From the NCBI GenBank assembly GCA_045578625.1, contig JAZNKN010000057.1, positions 17 to 64,016 of the forward strand: 64,000 nucleotides of DNA. Direction: 5' to 3'. This DNA is from Acutalibacteraceae bacterium. GTDB lineage: Bacteria; Bacillota; Clostridia; Oscillospirales; Acutalibacteraceae. Every line of letters starts with the position of its first letter. Within the stretch, counting starts at the first letter, position 1. Under the pieces are notes generated by a model. It saw only the letters and a list, made by a program, of their open reading frames with translations, was not told the DNA's origin and did no database searches. Shown in pieces: positions 28,854 through 39,380 of this stretch. Made by a program: the position numbers and the translations under genes.

Positions 28854-30128
28854 ATGAGCTATCGTATCGAGACCGAGTGCTTGCAGGGCGGCTATCAGCC
28901 GGGTAACGGCGATCCCCGCATTCTGCCCATTTACCAAAGCACCACCTACAAATACGACTCCGCCGAGCATCTCGGCGATCTGTTCGACCTCAAGGCACCG
29001 GGCCATATGTACACCCGCATCTCCAACCCCACGGTGGATGCGGTGGAGCAGAAGATCGCGGCACTGGAGGGCGGCGTGGGTGCGATGTGCACCTCGTCCG
29101 GTCAGGCCGCGAGCCTGATGGCGATCTTCAACATCACGAGCGCCGGTCAGAACTTTGTTAGCTTGTCCACCATCTATGGCGGCACCACCAATCTGTTCGC
29201 CGTCACGATGAAGCGGATGGGCATCGAGGTGCGCTTTGCCACGCCGGATATGACGGACGACGAGGTCAGCGCTCTGTTTGACGAAAACACCCGCCTGCTG
29301 TTTGGCGAGACCATTGCCAATCCGGCGCTCAACGTACTGGATATCGAGCGCTACGCCGCGCTGGCGCACCGCCACGGTGTGCCATTTGTGGTGGATAACA
29401 CGTTTGCCACCCCGATCCTGTGCCGTCCCTTTGAGTTCGGCGCGGACATCGTGACCCACTCCACCACCAAGTATATGGACGGTCACGCCAGCGTCGTCGG
29501 CGGTGTCATCGTGGACAGCGGCAACTTCGACTGGGCGGCTTCCGGTAAGTATCCGGAGCTGACCACGCCGGACGAGTCCTATCACGGTGTCGTGTACACC
29601 GAGCAGTTCGGCAAGGCGGCATACATCACCAAGGCACGCGTGCAGCTGATGCGTGACCTCGGTTCCACCCCGCAACCCTTGGCGGCGTTCATCCTGAATC
29701 TTGGTCTGGAAACGTTGGCGCTGCGTATGGAGCGCCACTGCTCCAACGCCAAGTCGGTCGCGGAGTATCTGGAAGCGCACGATAAGGTGTCGTGGGTCAA
29801 CTGTCCGGCACTGCCGTCCTCGGATCAGTACGCGCTCGCACAGAAATACCTGCCGAAGGGCTGCTGCGGCGTGATCTCCTTCGGCGTGAAGGGCGGTCGC
29901 GAGGCAGCGGTACGCTTTATGAATTCGCTCAAGCTCGCAGCGGTCGTCGTGCACGTTGCGGATGCCCGCACCTGCGTGCTTCATCCGGCCAGCACCACCC
30001 ACCGTCAGCTCACCGACGAGCAGCTCGTCGCGGGCGGCATTACCCCCGACCTTATCCGTCTGTCGGTGGGTATCGAAAACATTGAGGATATTATTGCCGA
30101 TATCGAACAGGCTTTGGAGAACGTCTGA
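28854..30128 (+). CDS. metY: O-acetylhomoserine aminocarboxypropyltransferase/sulfhydrylase
   Basis: 424 aa of the Cys/Met-metabolism PLP family. The PLP lysine block is [10 protein letters not shown]. Confidence 0.9.
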   Translation: MSYRIETECLQGGYQPGNGDPRILPIYQSTTYKYDSAEHLGDLFDLKAPGHMYTRISNPTVDAVEQKIAALEGGVGAMCTSSGQAASLMAIFNITSAGQNFVSLSTIYGGTTNLFAVTMKRMGIEVRFATPDMTDDEVSALFDENTRLLFGETIANPALNVLDIERYAALAHRHGVPFVVDNTFATPILCRPFEFGADIVTHSTTKYMDGHASVVGGVIVDSGNFDWAASGKYPELTTPDESYHGVVYTEQFGKAAYITKARVQLMRDLGSTPQPLAAFILNLGLETLALRMERHCSNAKSVAEYLEAHDKVSWVNCPALPSSDQYALAQKYLPKGCCGVISFGVKGGREAAVRFMNSLKLAAVVVHVADARTCVLHPASTTHRQLTDEQLVAGGITPDLIRLSVGIENIEDIIADIEQALENV

Positions 30129-30142
30129 GGAGGACGCACACT

Positions 30143-31060
30143 ATGCCGATCAAGATTCCCAATCAGCTGCCTGCCACGCAGACGCTGACCAATGAGAATA
30201 TCTTTGTGATTACCGAGACGCGGGCATTGACGCAGGACATCCGTCCACTGAAGATCCTGCTGCTCAACCTGATGCCGAAGAAGATCGTCACTGAGACTCA
30301 GCTCGCGCGCTTGTTGGGCAACAGCCCACTGCAGGTGGAGCTGGAGCTGATCCATACCCGCACGCACAAGTCGCGTCACACGCCGGAGGATCATCTGCTG
30401 ACCTTCTACAAGACCTTTGACGAGGTCAAGCACTTGAAGTATGACGGTCTCATCATCACCGGCGCACCGGTGGAGCAGATGCCGTTTGAGGACGTGGAAT
30501 ACTGGGAAGAACTGTGCGAGATCTTTGAGTGGAGCAAGACCAACGTCACCAGCACCCTGCATATCTGTTGGGGCGCACAGGCGGGTCTGTACTACCACTA
30601 CGGCATCGACAAGCAGCTACTGGACAGCAAGCTGTTCGGCATTTTCCCGCACAAGGTCGAGCGTCGCTCGTCCATCCTGTTCCGCGGCTTTGACGATGTG
30701 TTTATGATCCCGCATTCCCGCCACACTACCATTTCCCGCGCTGACGTGGAAGCGGTGCCGGAGTTGAAGATCCTGGCTTCCTCGGAGGAGGCCGGTGTGT
30801 ACGCCATCGCGACCGACCGCGGCCGTCAGATCTACCTGACCGGTCACGCGGAATATGATCCCGGCACGCTGCGGGACGAGTATGAGCGAGATGTCAGTGC
30901 CGGCTTGCCCATTACCGTGCCGCGCAACTATTTTCCGGATGACGACCCCACCAAAGAGCCGCTGGTCACGTGGCGCGGCCACGCGCATCTGTTGTTCTCC
31001 AACTGGCTGAACTATTTTGTTTATCAAACGACACCGTACGATCTCAGCGAGATCCGCTGA
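30143..31060 (+). CDS. metA: Homoserine O-acyltransferase (MetA family)
   Basis: 305 aa. Begins [11 protein letters not shown], contains LNLMP.K and the HICWGAQA active-site cysteine region. Confidence 0.9.
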   Translation: MPIKIPNQLPATQTLTNENIFVITETRALTQDIRPLKILLLNLMPKKIVTETQLARLLGNSPLQVELELIHTRTHKSRHTPEDHLLTFYKTFDEVKHLKYDGLIITGAPVEQMPFEDVEYWEELCEIFEWSKTNVTSTLHICWGAQAGLYYHYGIDKQLLDSKLFGIFPHKVERRSSILFRGFDDVFMIPHSRHTTISRADVEAVPELKILASSEEAGVYAIATDRGRQIYLTGHAEYDPGTLRDEYERDVSAGLPITVPRNYFPDDDPTKEPLVTWRGHAHLLFSNWLNYFVYQTTPYDLSEIR

Positions 31061-31087
31061 CGCACTGTGCCGCAAGGAGGAACGAGC

Positions 31088-31453
31088 ATGAGTATACAGG
31101 AATCCGGTGAGATGTACCTGGAGACGATCCTGATCCTCACCGCCGAAAAGCCGGCGGTCCGTGCCGTGGATGTCAGTGAATATATGGGCTTTTCCAAGCC
31201 CAGCGTCAGCCGCGCTTTGGGCGTTCTGAAAAAGGAAGCGCTCATCGTGGTGGATGGCGACGGTCACATCACATTGACCGCCGAGGGCCGCCGCGTCGCC
31301 GAGACGATCTATGCCCGCCATAACGTGCTGACCGAGCTGCTGATGCGGATGGGCGTGGATAAGGAGACCGCCTCCGCCGATGCTTGTCGGATGGAACACG
31401 CCATCAGCGACACCACCTTCCGTGCAATACAGACCTATATCCAACAGCAATAA
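31088..31453 (+). CDS. DtxR/MntR-family metal-dependent transcriptional regulator (short form)
   Basis: Begins MSIQESGEMYLETILIL and has the HTH VSEYMGFSKPSVSRAL. SD AAGGAGG. Confidence 0.75.
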   Translation: MSIQESGEMYLETILILTAEKPAVRAVDVSEYMGFSKPSVSRALGVLKKEALIVVDGDGHITLTAEGRRVAETIYARHNVLTELLMRMGVDKETASADACRMEHAISDTTFRAIQTYIQQQ

Positions 31454-31456
31454 ACA

Positions 31457-31489
31457 AAATCGCCGCCTCAAATGAGGCGGCGATTTTTT
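31457..31489. terminator. Bidirectional rho-independent terminator
   Basis: aaaatcgccgcctca-aa-tgaggcggcgatttttt lies between convergent genes. Confidence 0.8.
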
Positions 31490-31495
31490 CGCTTG

Positions 31496-31819
31496 TCAGA
31501 GCAGCGGCAGGAGATAGACGAAGAACAGCTCGGTCAGCAGCGCGCCTCCACAGGCGCAGGCCGCCACGACCGGCAGCCCCTTCCCGAACCACGCAGGGAT
31601 GAGTGCCGCGATAAACCCGACTACCGCCGGTTCAAGGCGGCCGGTAGCGTAAAAGCAGGCCGGCACGGTCATTACCGTCAGCACGGCGTAGGGGATATAG
31701 TGCAGAAACGACAGAACAAAGCGATTGGTGATCTTTTTCTTAATCAGCACCAGCGGCAGCATCCGCACCAGATAGGTAACGCCCGCCATCACCAGTAGGT
31801 ACAAAAAGAACCTAGGCAT
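31496..31819 (-). CDS. azlD: Branched-chain amino acid exporter small subunit AzlD
   Basis: 107-aa hydrophobic protein with an 8-nt overlap with azlC. Confidence 0.75.
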   Translation of the reverse strand: MPRFFLYLLVMAGVTYLVRMLPLVLIKKKITNRFVLSFLHYIPYAVLTVMTVPACFYATGRLEPAVVGFIAALIPAWFGKGLPVVAACACGGALLTELFFVYLLPLL

Positions 31820-32525
31820 TGGCAGCCACCTCCTCGGTCTTGACGGGTGCGACTACCGCCATCACGCCGGCGGCGATCACCGCGCAGATGATGATAACAA
31901 AGCCGCTCGGCACCGCGGACAGCAGCGGCAGATAGCGGAACGCACAGCTCAGCGCCGCGGCGATCAGCACGCACACGGCGGTGGCACGGTCGGCGCGGGC
32001 GATCGGGGTGACGATGGCAATGAACATGCCATAGATGGCAATGCCCAGCGCCGAGGTCACGATCGCCGGGAGAATGTCACCCGCCACTGCGCCCAGCAGC
32101 GTACCGACGCTCCAACCGAGGTAGGGGGTCAGGATGAGACCGTACAGATACCGCCGTCCCACCGCTTCGCGTTGCGAGGAAGCGATGGCAAACACCTCGT
32201 CGGTGTTGACAAAGGCGATGATGAAGCGGTCGTACAGCCGCACGGTGCGGTCGAGCTTTTGTGAAAGTGAGATGGACATCAGCGCATACCGCAGATTGAT
32301 GATGAACTGTGACATGGCAAGCTCGGTCATCATTCCGCCGCCGGTGATGATCGGCACGGCGGCCAGCTGACCGGCCGAGGTGACGTTGGTCATCGAGATC
32401 ATCAGCGCTTCGGGAACGCCCAAGCCGCTGCCCACAGCAAAGATGCCGAAGGCAAACGCGACCGACAGATAGCCGATGCACACCGGCAGGCCGTCGATCA
32501 GGCCTTTACGAAAGGTATATCCCAT
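31812..32525 (-). CDS. azlC: AzlC family branched-chain amino acid exporter subunit
   Basis: 237-aa polytopic protein with AzlC-type sequence (GLIDGLPVCIGYLSVAFAFG). Confidence 0.8.
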   Translation of the reverse strand: MGYTFRKGLIDGLPVCIGYLSVAFAFGIFAVGSGLGVPEALMISMTNVTSAGQLAAVPIITGGGMMTELAMSQFIINLRYALMSISLSQKLDRTVRLYDRFIIAFVNTDEVFAIASSQREAVGRRYLYGLILTPYLGWSVGTLLGAVAGDILPAIVTSALGIAIYGMFIAIVTPIARADRATAVCVLIAAALSCAFRYLPLLSAVPSGFVIIICAVIAAGVMAVVAPVKTEEVAANA

Positions 32526-32603
32526 ATTACATCCTCCGATGTTACTGAAAAACGACCGTCCGTTGCCCGGCGATGTGCCAAGGCGACCGGACGGTCGGGT
32601 CGG

Positions 32604-33491
32604 TCAGATCCAAGTATCTTCCGGGAACTCTGTGGGCGGAACCTCCAACTGTTCCGGTTTTTTAAACAGACGACGGAAGATGCGGAAGGACTCCGCGTAA
32701 TACTGTCCGTCGCAGATACGCTCATCCACCACGATCTTGATGCGGACGACCTTCTTGATCGATACCGTACCGTCGGCACCGACGACCTGAATGCGCTCCT
32801 TCTTACCGAGCGCCAGGAACACCGAGGTGGTGCCGAAATCGTAGATGTGATGGTACACCGGGCCGATACCGATGGAGCCGACGTCCGTTATGTAGAACGA
32901 GGTGTGGAACGGGCTCAGGTTGTTGATAAAGTTGTTCATCCAGCCGCGGTGATCCATAAAGGTGATGAAGTTGATAAACGCGCGCACAAGCCACGCCGGC
33001 AGCTTGTTTAAGATCTTGGCGGCAACGTCGGTGTCGTTTTCGCCATCGCTGTCGCGCACCTCAGCCTCCATCGCCTCGTTAACGCGGCGATACACGTCGA
33101 ACACGGTGTCGGTCGGCTCAAAGGTGGGCTTGATGCACGCGTCAGGCGCGCTGGCGGACATCTCGCGCTTGACCGTCATGGAAGCAGTCAGGCGATTGCG
33201 CGCATAGATCTTACCGTTCATCACGAAGCGGTTAAGATGCGGGCGCAGCACGAACATACGCAGCGTGGCGGCGATAAACACGTGGTACAGCGAGAACCAC
33301 GGCATATCGTTCTTGCGGCGCATCTCGCGTACGTACTTTTCCAGCTCGTCGATCTCAATGACGTCGTCAAAGAAGACCTGCGCGTCGGAGCGCCGCTTCA
33401 TAAAATGCGGCATCACGGAAAAAAAAGAGTGTGTGTGGCGCAAACGCCAGCCGTCTTTACGGTCGCCGAAGCGACGCTTTCTCTTTTCCAT
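32604..33491 (-). CDS. Stand-alone 2-oxoacid dehydrogenase E2-like acyltransferase catalytic-domain protein
   Basis: The C-terminal VVDERICDG resembles the DHRxxDG catalytic motif of E2/CAT-fold acyltransferases. There is no lipoyl domain. Starts at MEKRKRRF after a purine-rich SD. Confidence 0.5.
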   Translation of the reverse strand: MEKRKRRFGDRKDGWRLRHTHSFFSVMPHFMKRRSDAQVFFDDVIEIDELEKYVREMRRKNDMPWFSLYHVFIAATLRMFVLRPHLNRFVMNGKIYARNRLTASMTVKREMSASAPDACIKPTFEPTDTVFDVYRRVNEAMEAEVRDSDGENDTDVAAKILNKLPAWLVRAFINFITFMDHRGWMNNFINNLSPFHTSFYITDVGSIGIGPVYHHIYDFGTTSVFLALGKKERIQVVGADGTVSIKKVVRIKIVVDERICDGQYYAESFRIFRRLFKKPEQLEVPPTEFPEDTWI

Positions 33492-33521
33492 ACAGTTCCC
33501 CTCTCTCTGCAGCGCACCCAA

Positions 33522-33881
33522 TTACCCCATAGGATGCGGCTGCTGTGCTTGGTTTTGCTCAAGATACCGACGCAACCGCTCCTCAAACAGCGCGCCGTTG
33601 CGGATGTTATGGACTACCAATTCGGAGATCAGCGGGTCGTCTGTGGCGATGTGGATGGTGCACAACCCAAACCGCTTTTGCAGAAAGGAGCGTTGTACCG
33701 CCAAGCCACGGATCTGCGACACGTTCACCGATGTTTTCACCGGAGATAAAATGCCGGTCAGCTGCGTTACGGTATCACCGCTCAGCACGTACTGTGTCCG
33801 CGTGAGCGGGAGACCGGCAAGCAACCAGCGCCGCCGTTCCGTCAAGGTGGTATCCGGTATGGTTTGTCCGGATATCGTCAT
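33522..33881 (-). CDS. Bacterial PH-domain (bPH_2/YdbS-like) protein
   Basis: 119 aa starting MTISGQ after AGGAGG, with the typical …Y.L…….G.L………I…V.QS..QK.FGL….I.T pattern. The longer track ORF (to 34127) is an artefactual extension. Confidence 0.6.
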   Translation of the reverse strand: MTISGQTIPDTTLTERRRWLLAGLPLTRTQYVLSGDTVTQLTGILSPVKTSVNVSQIRGLAVQRSFLQKRFGLCTIHIATDDPLISELVVHNIRNGALFEERLRRYLEQNQAQQPHPMG

Positions 33882-33985
33882 ACGGTTTCCTCCTGTTATC
33901 GCGTAATTCGCAGTAATAACGAGCCTAGTATATCTCTTTTTTGTCGATTTGTCAAATTCTCGCTTTCGATCCGCCAAAAAACGGC

Positions 33986-34017
33986 AAAAGCCCGACGCCG
34001 AAGCGTCGGGCTTTTTT
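33986..34017. terminator. Bidirectional rho-independent terminator after the Cys-peptide genes
   Basis: aaaa-gcccgacgc-cgaa-gcgtcgggc-tttttt. Confidence 0.85.
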
Positions 34018-34032
34018 GGATAGGGCAGGGGA

Positions 34033-34152
34033 TCAGCAGCCGCAGCCGCAGTCACAGTCGCAATCGCTGTTGTTGATGAGCAGCAGGATGACGATGATGA
34101 ACAGCAGCCAGGAGCAATTGGCTTCACCGCAGAACAGGTTTCTCAGACACAT
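34033..34152 (-). CDS. Cys-rich membrane micropeptide, 39 aa (MCLRNLFCGEANCSWLLFIIVILLLINNSDCDCDCGCGC)
   Basis: SD AAAGGAGA lies 8 nt upstream of the ATG. It is a paralog of the adjacent gene with the same N-terminus and hydrophobic core. It is not in the ORF track because it is under 60 aa. Confidence 0.6.
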   Translation of the reverse strand: MCLRNLFCGEANCSWLLFIIVILLLINNSDCDCDCGCGC

Positions 34153-34180
34153 AGAAATTTCTCCTTTCTAATATGGGGGA

Positions 34181-34333
34181 TCAGCAGCCGCAACCGCAAC
34201 CGTTGTTTCGGGTGGTCGTGTAGCCGTTGTCGCAGCCGTTGTTGCAGCCGTCATCGATAAGCAGGATGAGGACGATGATGAACAGCAACCAGGTGCAGTT
34301 GACGTCGCCGTTAAACAGATTCCGCAGACACAT
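34181..34333 (-). CDS. Cys-rich membrane micropeptide, 50 aa (MCLRNLFNGDVNCTWLLFIIVLILLIDDGCNNGCDNGYTTTRNNGCGCGC)
   Basis: SD AAGGAGG lies ~9 nt upstream of an internal ATG of track ORF 34181..34363. It sits in tandem, 28 nt from its paralog. Confidence 0.6.
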   Translation of the reverse strand: MCLRNLFNGDVNCTWLLFIIVLILLIDDGCNNGCDNGYTTTRNNGCGCGC

Positions 34334-34490
34334 AGTTCGTATCCTCCTTTCCGAAAGCCGCAAGGGGCTTTCATTTCCATACTATGACGGCGCACCGCAT
34401 CGGTGATGACTTTTTGAAAATTTAAGTAAATCGTAGAAATCGGGAGGAAATCGGAGGTATTTTCAAAAAACAGACTGGCAAAAACCGATA

Positions 34491-34523
34491 TTTGACTTTA
34501 TTTGACTTTGACTTTATTTGACT
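34491..34523 (+). promoter_or_regulatory. Double CtsR operator (four AGTCAAA heptads) overlapping the ctsR promoter
   Basis: TTTGACTttaTTTGACTTTGACTttaTTTGACT is two tandem copies of the CtsR box (reverse complement AGTCAAAnnnAGTCAAA), 35 nt upstream of ctsR. Confidence 0.8.
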
Positions 34524-34557
34524 TTCGAGTTATGCTAAGAGCAAGGAAGTGAGAGCG

Positions 34558-35016
34558 ATGCGAATAAGCGATGAGATAACGGCCTATATTCTCCATATTA
34601 TGGAGCAGGCGGAAAACGGTGCGGCGGAATTGCAGCGCAACGTGCTGGCAGAGGAACTTGGCTGTGTCCCCAGTCAGATCACCTATGTGCTGTCGTCGCG
34701 TTTCACCCCTGCGCAGGGGTATTTGGTGGAGAGCCGTCGCGGCGGCGGGGGATACATCCGCATTCGCCGCGTGGTCCCGCAGGAGCAGATGACGCCGCTG
34801 ATGCACGTGGTCAATTCCATCGGCGACGAGCTGGTGCCCGCAGCGGCAGAGGCGATCCTGCAGAGTATGGTCTATCAGGGCTTCATCACACAGCGGGCTG
34901 CCGGTATTATGGCGGCGGCGCTGTCCGATCGCTGTTATCGTGAAGTACCGTCGGAGGTGCGCGACCGGTTGCGCGCATCGCTTCTCAAACAAATGCTGAC
35001 AGCGTATACAATGTAA
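34558..35016 (+). CDS. ctsR: Class III stress gene repressor CtsR
   Basis: Begins MRISDEITAYIL and contains the glycine-rich loop ESRRGGGGYIRI. An alternative GTG start lies at 34549. Confidence 0.9.
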   Translation: MRISDEITAYILHIMEQAENGAAELQRNVLAEELGCVPSQITYVLSSRFTPAQGYLVESRRGGGGYIRIRRVVPQEQMTPLMHVVNSIGDELVPAAAEAILQSMVYQGFITQRAAGIMAAALSDRCYREVPSEVRDRLRASLLKQMLTAYTM

Positions 35017-35028
35017 GGGGGTATCGGT

Positions 35029-35520
35029 ATGCTTTGTGAACATTGCGGCAAGTACGTCGCCACCACACACGTCAAAAAGACGGTCAATGGAAAAACGAGC
35101 GAACTGCACCTGTGCGCGCATTGCGCGGCACAGCAGGGAATCGGTTCGACCTTTGGGTTTGATCTGGGAGATTTCTGGGGTTCGCTGTTTGCCGAGCCTG
35201 CCAAGCGTACGCAGGAGGACACGGTGCGTTGCCCCGATTGCGGTCGCAGTTTCCGCGAGATCGCGGAGCAGGGTCGTCCGGGTTGCGCCACCTGCTACCT
35301 GACCTTTTACGATCGGCTGCTGCCGTCGATCCAGCGGATCCACGGCAAAACGCAGCACACCGGTAAGGTGGCGGCGCAGGCAGACGGCACGGTCAAAAAG
35401 GAACGAGAGCTACAGGCACTGCGCGATAAGCTGAACGCCTGTATCGCTGAACAGGATTACGAGACCTGCGCGCAGCTGCGCGATCAGATCCGTGCATTGG
35501 AACAGGAGGGCGAGGCGTGA
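35029..35520 (+). CDS. mcsA: McsA (UvrB/C-motif zinc-finger activator of McsB)
   Basis: CxxC pairs (CEHCGK, CAHCA, CPDCG, CATCY) and a UVR motif (YETCAQLRDQIRALE). Confidence 0.85.
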   Translation: MLCEHCGKYVATTHVKKTVNGKTSELHLCAHCAAQQGIGSTFGFDLGDFWGSLFAEPAKRTQEDTVRCPDCGRSFREIAEQGRPGCATCYLTFYDRLLPSIQRIHGKTQHTGKVAAQADGTVKKERELQALRDKLNACIAEQDYETCAQLRDQIRALEQEGEA

Positions 35521-36536
35521 TGGCACTGGAAAAATGGTATCAGCGCAGCGGCGCGGACGGCGACGTTGTCATCAGCACCCGCATCCGTCTGGCGCGCGAT
35601 CTGGCACATCTGCCGTTTCCGGCGTGGATGACCGACGAGCAGCGCGAGGAGGTCATCGAGCGGGTGTTCGGTGCGTTTCCGGAGGATCAGCCGTGCGCGT
35701 TTGAACGCCGCCGTATGAGTGAGCTGTCGGCGCGTGAGCTGCTGTCGATGGTGGAACGGCATCTCATCAGCCGTGAATTTGCCCGCGACCCGCAGGGCGA
35801 GGCGTTGCTTCTTTCCGCGGACGAGAGCGTCAGCATCATGGTGGGGGAGGAGGATCATCTGCGCATTCAGGTGATGCGCCCCGGCTTTGAGCTGGACAGC
35901 GCGTGGCAGGAGGCGACCTGCTGGGACGATTATCTGGATACCCGTCTGCACTTTGCATTTGACGAGCGACTCGGCTATCTCACCCAATGCCCCACCAACC
36001 TCGGCACCGGTATGCGTGCTTCGGTGATGCTGCATCTGCCCGCCTTGCAGGAAAAGGGCATCGTTCAGCAGTTGTCCGCGACCGTGTCCAAGCTGGGCTT
36101 GACCATTCGCGGTCTGTACGGTGAGGGAAGCAAGCCGGAGGGGGCGCTGTATCAGCTGTCTAATCAGGTGACGCTGGGCATCACCGAGCAGGAGGCGATC
36201 GACAACCTGCGCAGCATCGTCAATCAGATCGTGCGGGAGGAGCGTAGCTGCCGCGAGCAGTTTAAGGACTCGCCCGCCTTTGAGGATCGCGTGTTCCGTT
36301 CCCTCGGCATCCTGCAAAATGCCCGTCTGCTGACCGGTAACGAATTTATGATGCTCATCTCCTCGGTGCGCATCGGCGTGGCGTTGGGGATGATCCAATC
36401 GATGGATCTCAACAGTCTTAACAGTCTGCTCATCGACGCGCAGGCCGGCGCGCTGATGGAGCAAGCGGGAGAGGATCTCGACGCGTCACAGCGCGATATC
36501 CGTCGCGCCGCTCTGGTTCGTGAGCGGCTGCGCTAA
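35517..36536 (+). CDS. mcsB: Protein arginine kinase McsB
   Basis: ATP:guanido phosphotransferase motif CPTNLGTGMRASVMLHLP. It has a 4-nt overlap with mcsA. Confidence 0.9.
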   Translation: MMALEKWYQRSGADGDVVISTRIRLARDLAHLPFPAWMTDEQREEVIERVFGAFPEDQPCAFERRRMSELSARELLSMVERHLISREFARDPQGEALLLSADESVSIMVGEEDHLRIQVMRPGFELDSAWQEATCWDDYLDTRLHFAFDERLGYLTQCPTNLGTGMRASVMLHLPALQEKGIVQQLSATVSKLGLTIRGLYGEGSKPEGALYQLSNQVTLGITEQEAIDNLRSIVNQIVREERSCREQFKDSPAFEDRVFRSLGILQNARLLTGNEFMMLISSVRIGVALGMIQSMDLNSLNSLLIDAQAGALMEQAGEDLDASQRDIRRAALVRERLR

Positions 36537-36550
36537 AGGAGGTTTACCGT

Positions 36551-39016
36551 ATGAAATACGTATTTAAGGGCTTTACCGAAAAAGCCAATACCGCCCTGAA
36601 TCTGGCTGTGGAAGCCGCACAGATGCGGGGGCATACCTACATCGGCACCGAGCATCTGGTGCTGGGTCTGCTGCGCGAGGGGACCGGCGTTGCGGCGTCG
36701 GTGCTGAGCGGCCGTGGGATCACGGCGGCGCAGTACGAGGCCAAGATCACCGAGAGTGAAAGCGGCGGTCAGCCCACACGGTTGTCGCCGGAGGACTTCA
36801 CCCCTCGCACCAAGCGGGCGATGGAAACGGCCATTATGGAGGCGCGCGGCACGCAGCAGGGCTTGGTGGGTACCGAGCATATCCTGATGGCGATTCTGCG
36901 CGACGAGACGAGCATTGCGATGCGTCTGCTGTCCGCACTGGGTATCCGTGCGCTGGACGTGATGGAGGAGATCGCACGGATCGTCGGCAGTGCGCCGACC
37001 GACGCGGCGGCGATGGGAGCTTCGACCGGCAGTAGCAAGCCGTCGGGCAAGAGCCAGACGCCCACGCTGGACCAGTTCGGTCGCGATCTGACCGAGATGG
37101 CCAAGGCCGGCAAGCTGGATCCCGTCATCGGCCGCGCCGATGAGATCCAGCGCGTGGTGCAGATCCTATCGCGCCGTACTAAAAATAACCCCTGCCTCAT
37201 CGGTGAGCCGGGTGTCGGCAAGACCGCCGTGGCAGAGGGCTTGGCACAAAAGATCATCGCCGAGGAAGTACCGGATACCCTGCGCGGCAAGCGCGTGGTG
37301 ACATTGGATCTGACCGGTATGGTCGCCGGCACCAAGTACCGCGGCGATTTTGAGGAGCGCATCAAGAACGCGCTGTCCGAGGTCGCCAAGGCGGGCGACG
37401 TGGTGCTGTTCATCGACGAGATCCACACGCTGATCGGCGCGGGTGCAGCCGAGGGCGCGGTGGATGCCGCTAACATCCTCAAACCGTCACTGGCGCGCGG
37501 CGAGATCCAGGTCATCGGCGCGACCACGCTGGAGGAATACCGCAAGCACATCGAAAAGGACGCGGCACTGGAGCGTCGGTTCCAACCCATCACGGTGGGC
37601 GAGCCCACGCCTGAGGAGACCGAGGAGATCCTGCGAGGTCTGCGCGATAAATACGAGGCGCACCACAAGGTCAAGATCACCGATGAGGCGCTCCGCGCCG
37701 CGGTGCAGCTGTCCACGCGCTATATCGCGGACCGCTATCTGCCCGATAAGGCGATCGACCTCATCGACGAGGCGGCTTCGCGGGTGCGTCTGCGTTCCTT
37801 TACCGCCCCCACCGACGTGCGTCAACTGGAGGAAGAGGTCAAGCGCTTGTCCGCCGAAAAGAAATCTGCCATCAACGAGCAGGATTTCGAGCGCGCTGCC
37901 GGTCTGCGTGACGAGGAAAAGCGCGTAACGGAGCAGCTGGAGGAGCAACGTGCGCTGTGGCAGGAAAAGAATGCCGCCGTAAGCAGCGAGGTGACCGCGA
38001 ACGATATTGCGGAGATCGTCTCGGGCTGGACCGGCGTACCGGTCTCGCAGCTCACCGAAGCGGAAAGTCAGCGCCTGCTCAAGATGGAGGCGATCCTGCA
38101 CGAGCGCATCGTCGGTCAGGACGAAGCCGTCACCGCGGTGGCCAAGGCCATCCGTCGCGGTCGGGTAGGTCTGAAGGATCCGCGCCGTCCCATCGGCTCG
38201 TTCATCTTCCTCGGCCCCACCGGCGTGGGCAAGACTGAGCTGTGCAAGGCGTTGGCCGAAGCGATGTTCGGCGATGAGAACGCGATGATCCGTCTGGATA
38301 TGTCGGAATATATGGAGAAGCATACTGTGTCGCGTCTGGTCGGTTCGCCTCCGGGCTCCGTCGGCTACGACGAGGGCGGTCAGCTTACCGAGAAGATCCG
38401 CCGCAAGCCGTACACCGTTGTGCTGTTCGATGAGATCGAAAAAGCACACCCCGACGTGTTCAATATGCTGCTGCAGATCTTGGAGGACGGCGTACTGACC
38501 GATTCGCAGGGTCGTCGTGTGGACTTCAAGAACACCGTCATTATTATGACCTCTAACGTCGGCGCACGGCTCATCACCGAAAAGCGCAGTTTCGGCTTCG
38601 GCGGTGGGGAAACGGTGGGCGATGAGGAGAGCAGCCGCCGCATCCGTGAAAACGTGATGAGTGAGCTGAAAAAGACCTTCCGTCCGGAGTTTCTCAACCG
38701 TGTGGACGACACCATCGTGTTTCGTCAGCTCACCGAGGAAGATATCTGTCAGATCGCGCATCGGATGCTCGGCTCGTTGGATCGCCGTGTTCGCGATCTG
38801 GAGATCACGCTCACGGTGACCGATGAGGCGGTGGCCGAGCTGGCGCGCGTCGGCTTCGACCCGGTCTACGGCGCTCGTCCGTTGCGCCGCGCCATCCAGT
38901 CGCGGATCGAGGATCCGTTGGCGGAAAAACTGCTGGAGGGTGCGTTCCGCGCCGGCGATACCGTGACCGTGACGGTACAGGAGGGTCAGTTGGTGTTTCA
39001 GGCGAATGAGCCTTGA
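36551..39016 (+). CDS. clpC: ATP-dependent Clp protease ATP-binding subunit ClpC
   Basis: 821 aa with Clp_N repeats, two Walker A motifs ([16 protein letters not shown]) and a UVR linker. Confidence 0.95.
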   Translation: MKYVFKGFTEKANTALNLAVEAAQMRGHTYIGTEHLVLGLLREGTGVAASVLSGRGITAAQYEAKITESESGGQPTRLSPEDFTPRTKRAMETAIMEARGTQQGLVGTEHILMAILRDETSIAMRLLSALGIRALDVMEEIARIVGSAPTDAAAMGASTGSSKPSGKSQTPTLDQFGRDLTEMAKAGKLDPVIGRADEIQRVVQILSRRTKNNPCLIGEPGVGKTAVAEGLAQKIIAEEVPDTLRGKRVVTLDLTGMVAGTKYRGDFEERIKNALSEVAKAGDVVLFIDEIHTLIGAGAAEGAVDAANILKPSLARGEIQVIGATTLEEYRKHIEKDAALERRFQPITVGEPTPEETEEILRGLRDKYEAHHKVKITDEALRAAVQLSTRYIADRYLPDKAIDLIDEAASRVRLRSFTAPTDVRQLEEEVKRLSAEKKSAINEQDFERAAGLRDEEKRVTEQLEEQRALWQEKNAAVSSEVTANDIAEIVSGWTGVPVSQLTEAESQRLLKMEAILHERIVGQDEAVTAVAKAIRRGRVGLKDPRRPIGSFIFLGPTGVGKTELCKALAEAMFGDENAMIRLDMSEYMEKHTVSRLVGSPPGSVGYDEGGQLTEKIRRKPYTVVLFDEIEKAHPDVFNMLLQILEDGVLTDSQGRRVDFKNTVIIMTSNVGARLITEKRSFGFGGGETVGDEESSRRIRENVMSELKKTFRPEFLNRVDDTIVFRQLTEEDICQIAHRMLGSLDRRVRDLEITLTVTDEAVAELARVGFDPVYGARPLRRAIQSRIEDPLAEKLLEGAFRAGDTVTVTVQEGQLVFQANEP

Positions 39017-39041
39017 CAAACATCCCGGACTTTTGTACAAT
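39013..39041 (+). promoter_or_regulatory. Promoter of RNase P RNA
   Basis: TTGACA (overlapping the clpC stop), 17 bp, then TACAAT. It ends ~8 nt before the P1 stem. Confidence 0.65.
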
Positions 39042-39047
39042 AAATCC

Positions 39048-39380
39048 TGCGAGTGAGCTGGGCAGTCGCGTACGCGCCGCGTATGAGGAAAGTCCGAGCA
39101 TCACAGGGTAGGATAACGGCTAACGGCCGCCGAGGGTGACCTTAGGGAAAGTGCAACAGAGATATACCGCCGTGTTCATCACGGTAAGGGTGGAAAGGCG
39201 AGGTAAGAGCTCACCGGCACACAGGAGACTGTGTGGCCCTGCAAACCCTATCCGATGCAACGCCGACTGAAGCGATACATTGACCCGATGTGCTTCGATG
39301 GGCGGCTTGAGCTGTCTGGCAACAGGCAGTCGAGATAGATGACTGTCCACGACAGAACTCGGCTTACAGGCTCACTCGAC
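39048..39380 (+). ncRNA. rnpB: RNase P RNA (bacterial type A-like)
   Basis: P1 stem cgagtgagc/gctcactcg. Conserved GAGGAAAGTCCGAGC (CR-I), GGTAAGGGTGGAAAGG and ACAGAACTCGGCTTAC (CR-V). Track ORF 39120..39350 inside it is spurious. Confidence 0.9.

Noticed and set aside
33882-34395. N-terminal extension of ORF 33522..34127 and ORF 34168..34395 (Cys/Ser/Thr/Ala-rich translations)
   Set aside because: These are alternative-frame readings of the GC/TGC-rich micropeptide genes. The PH-domain gene has its own SD and ATG at 33881, and the two micropeptide frames each have strong SDs.
39120-39350. 76-aa ORF on the minus strand
   Set aside because: It lies entirely inside the RNase P RNA gene, which explains the sequence conservation features.
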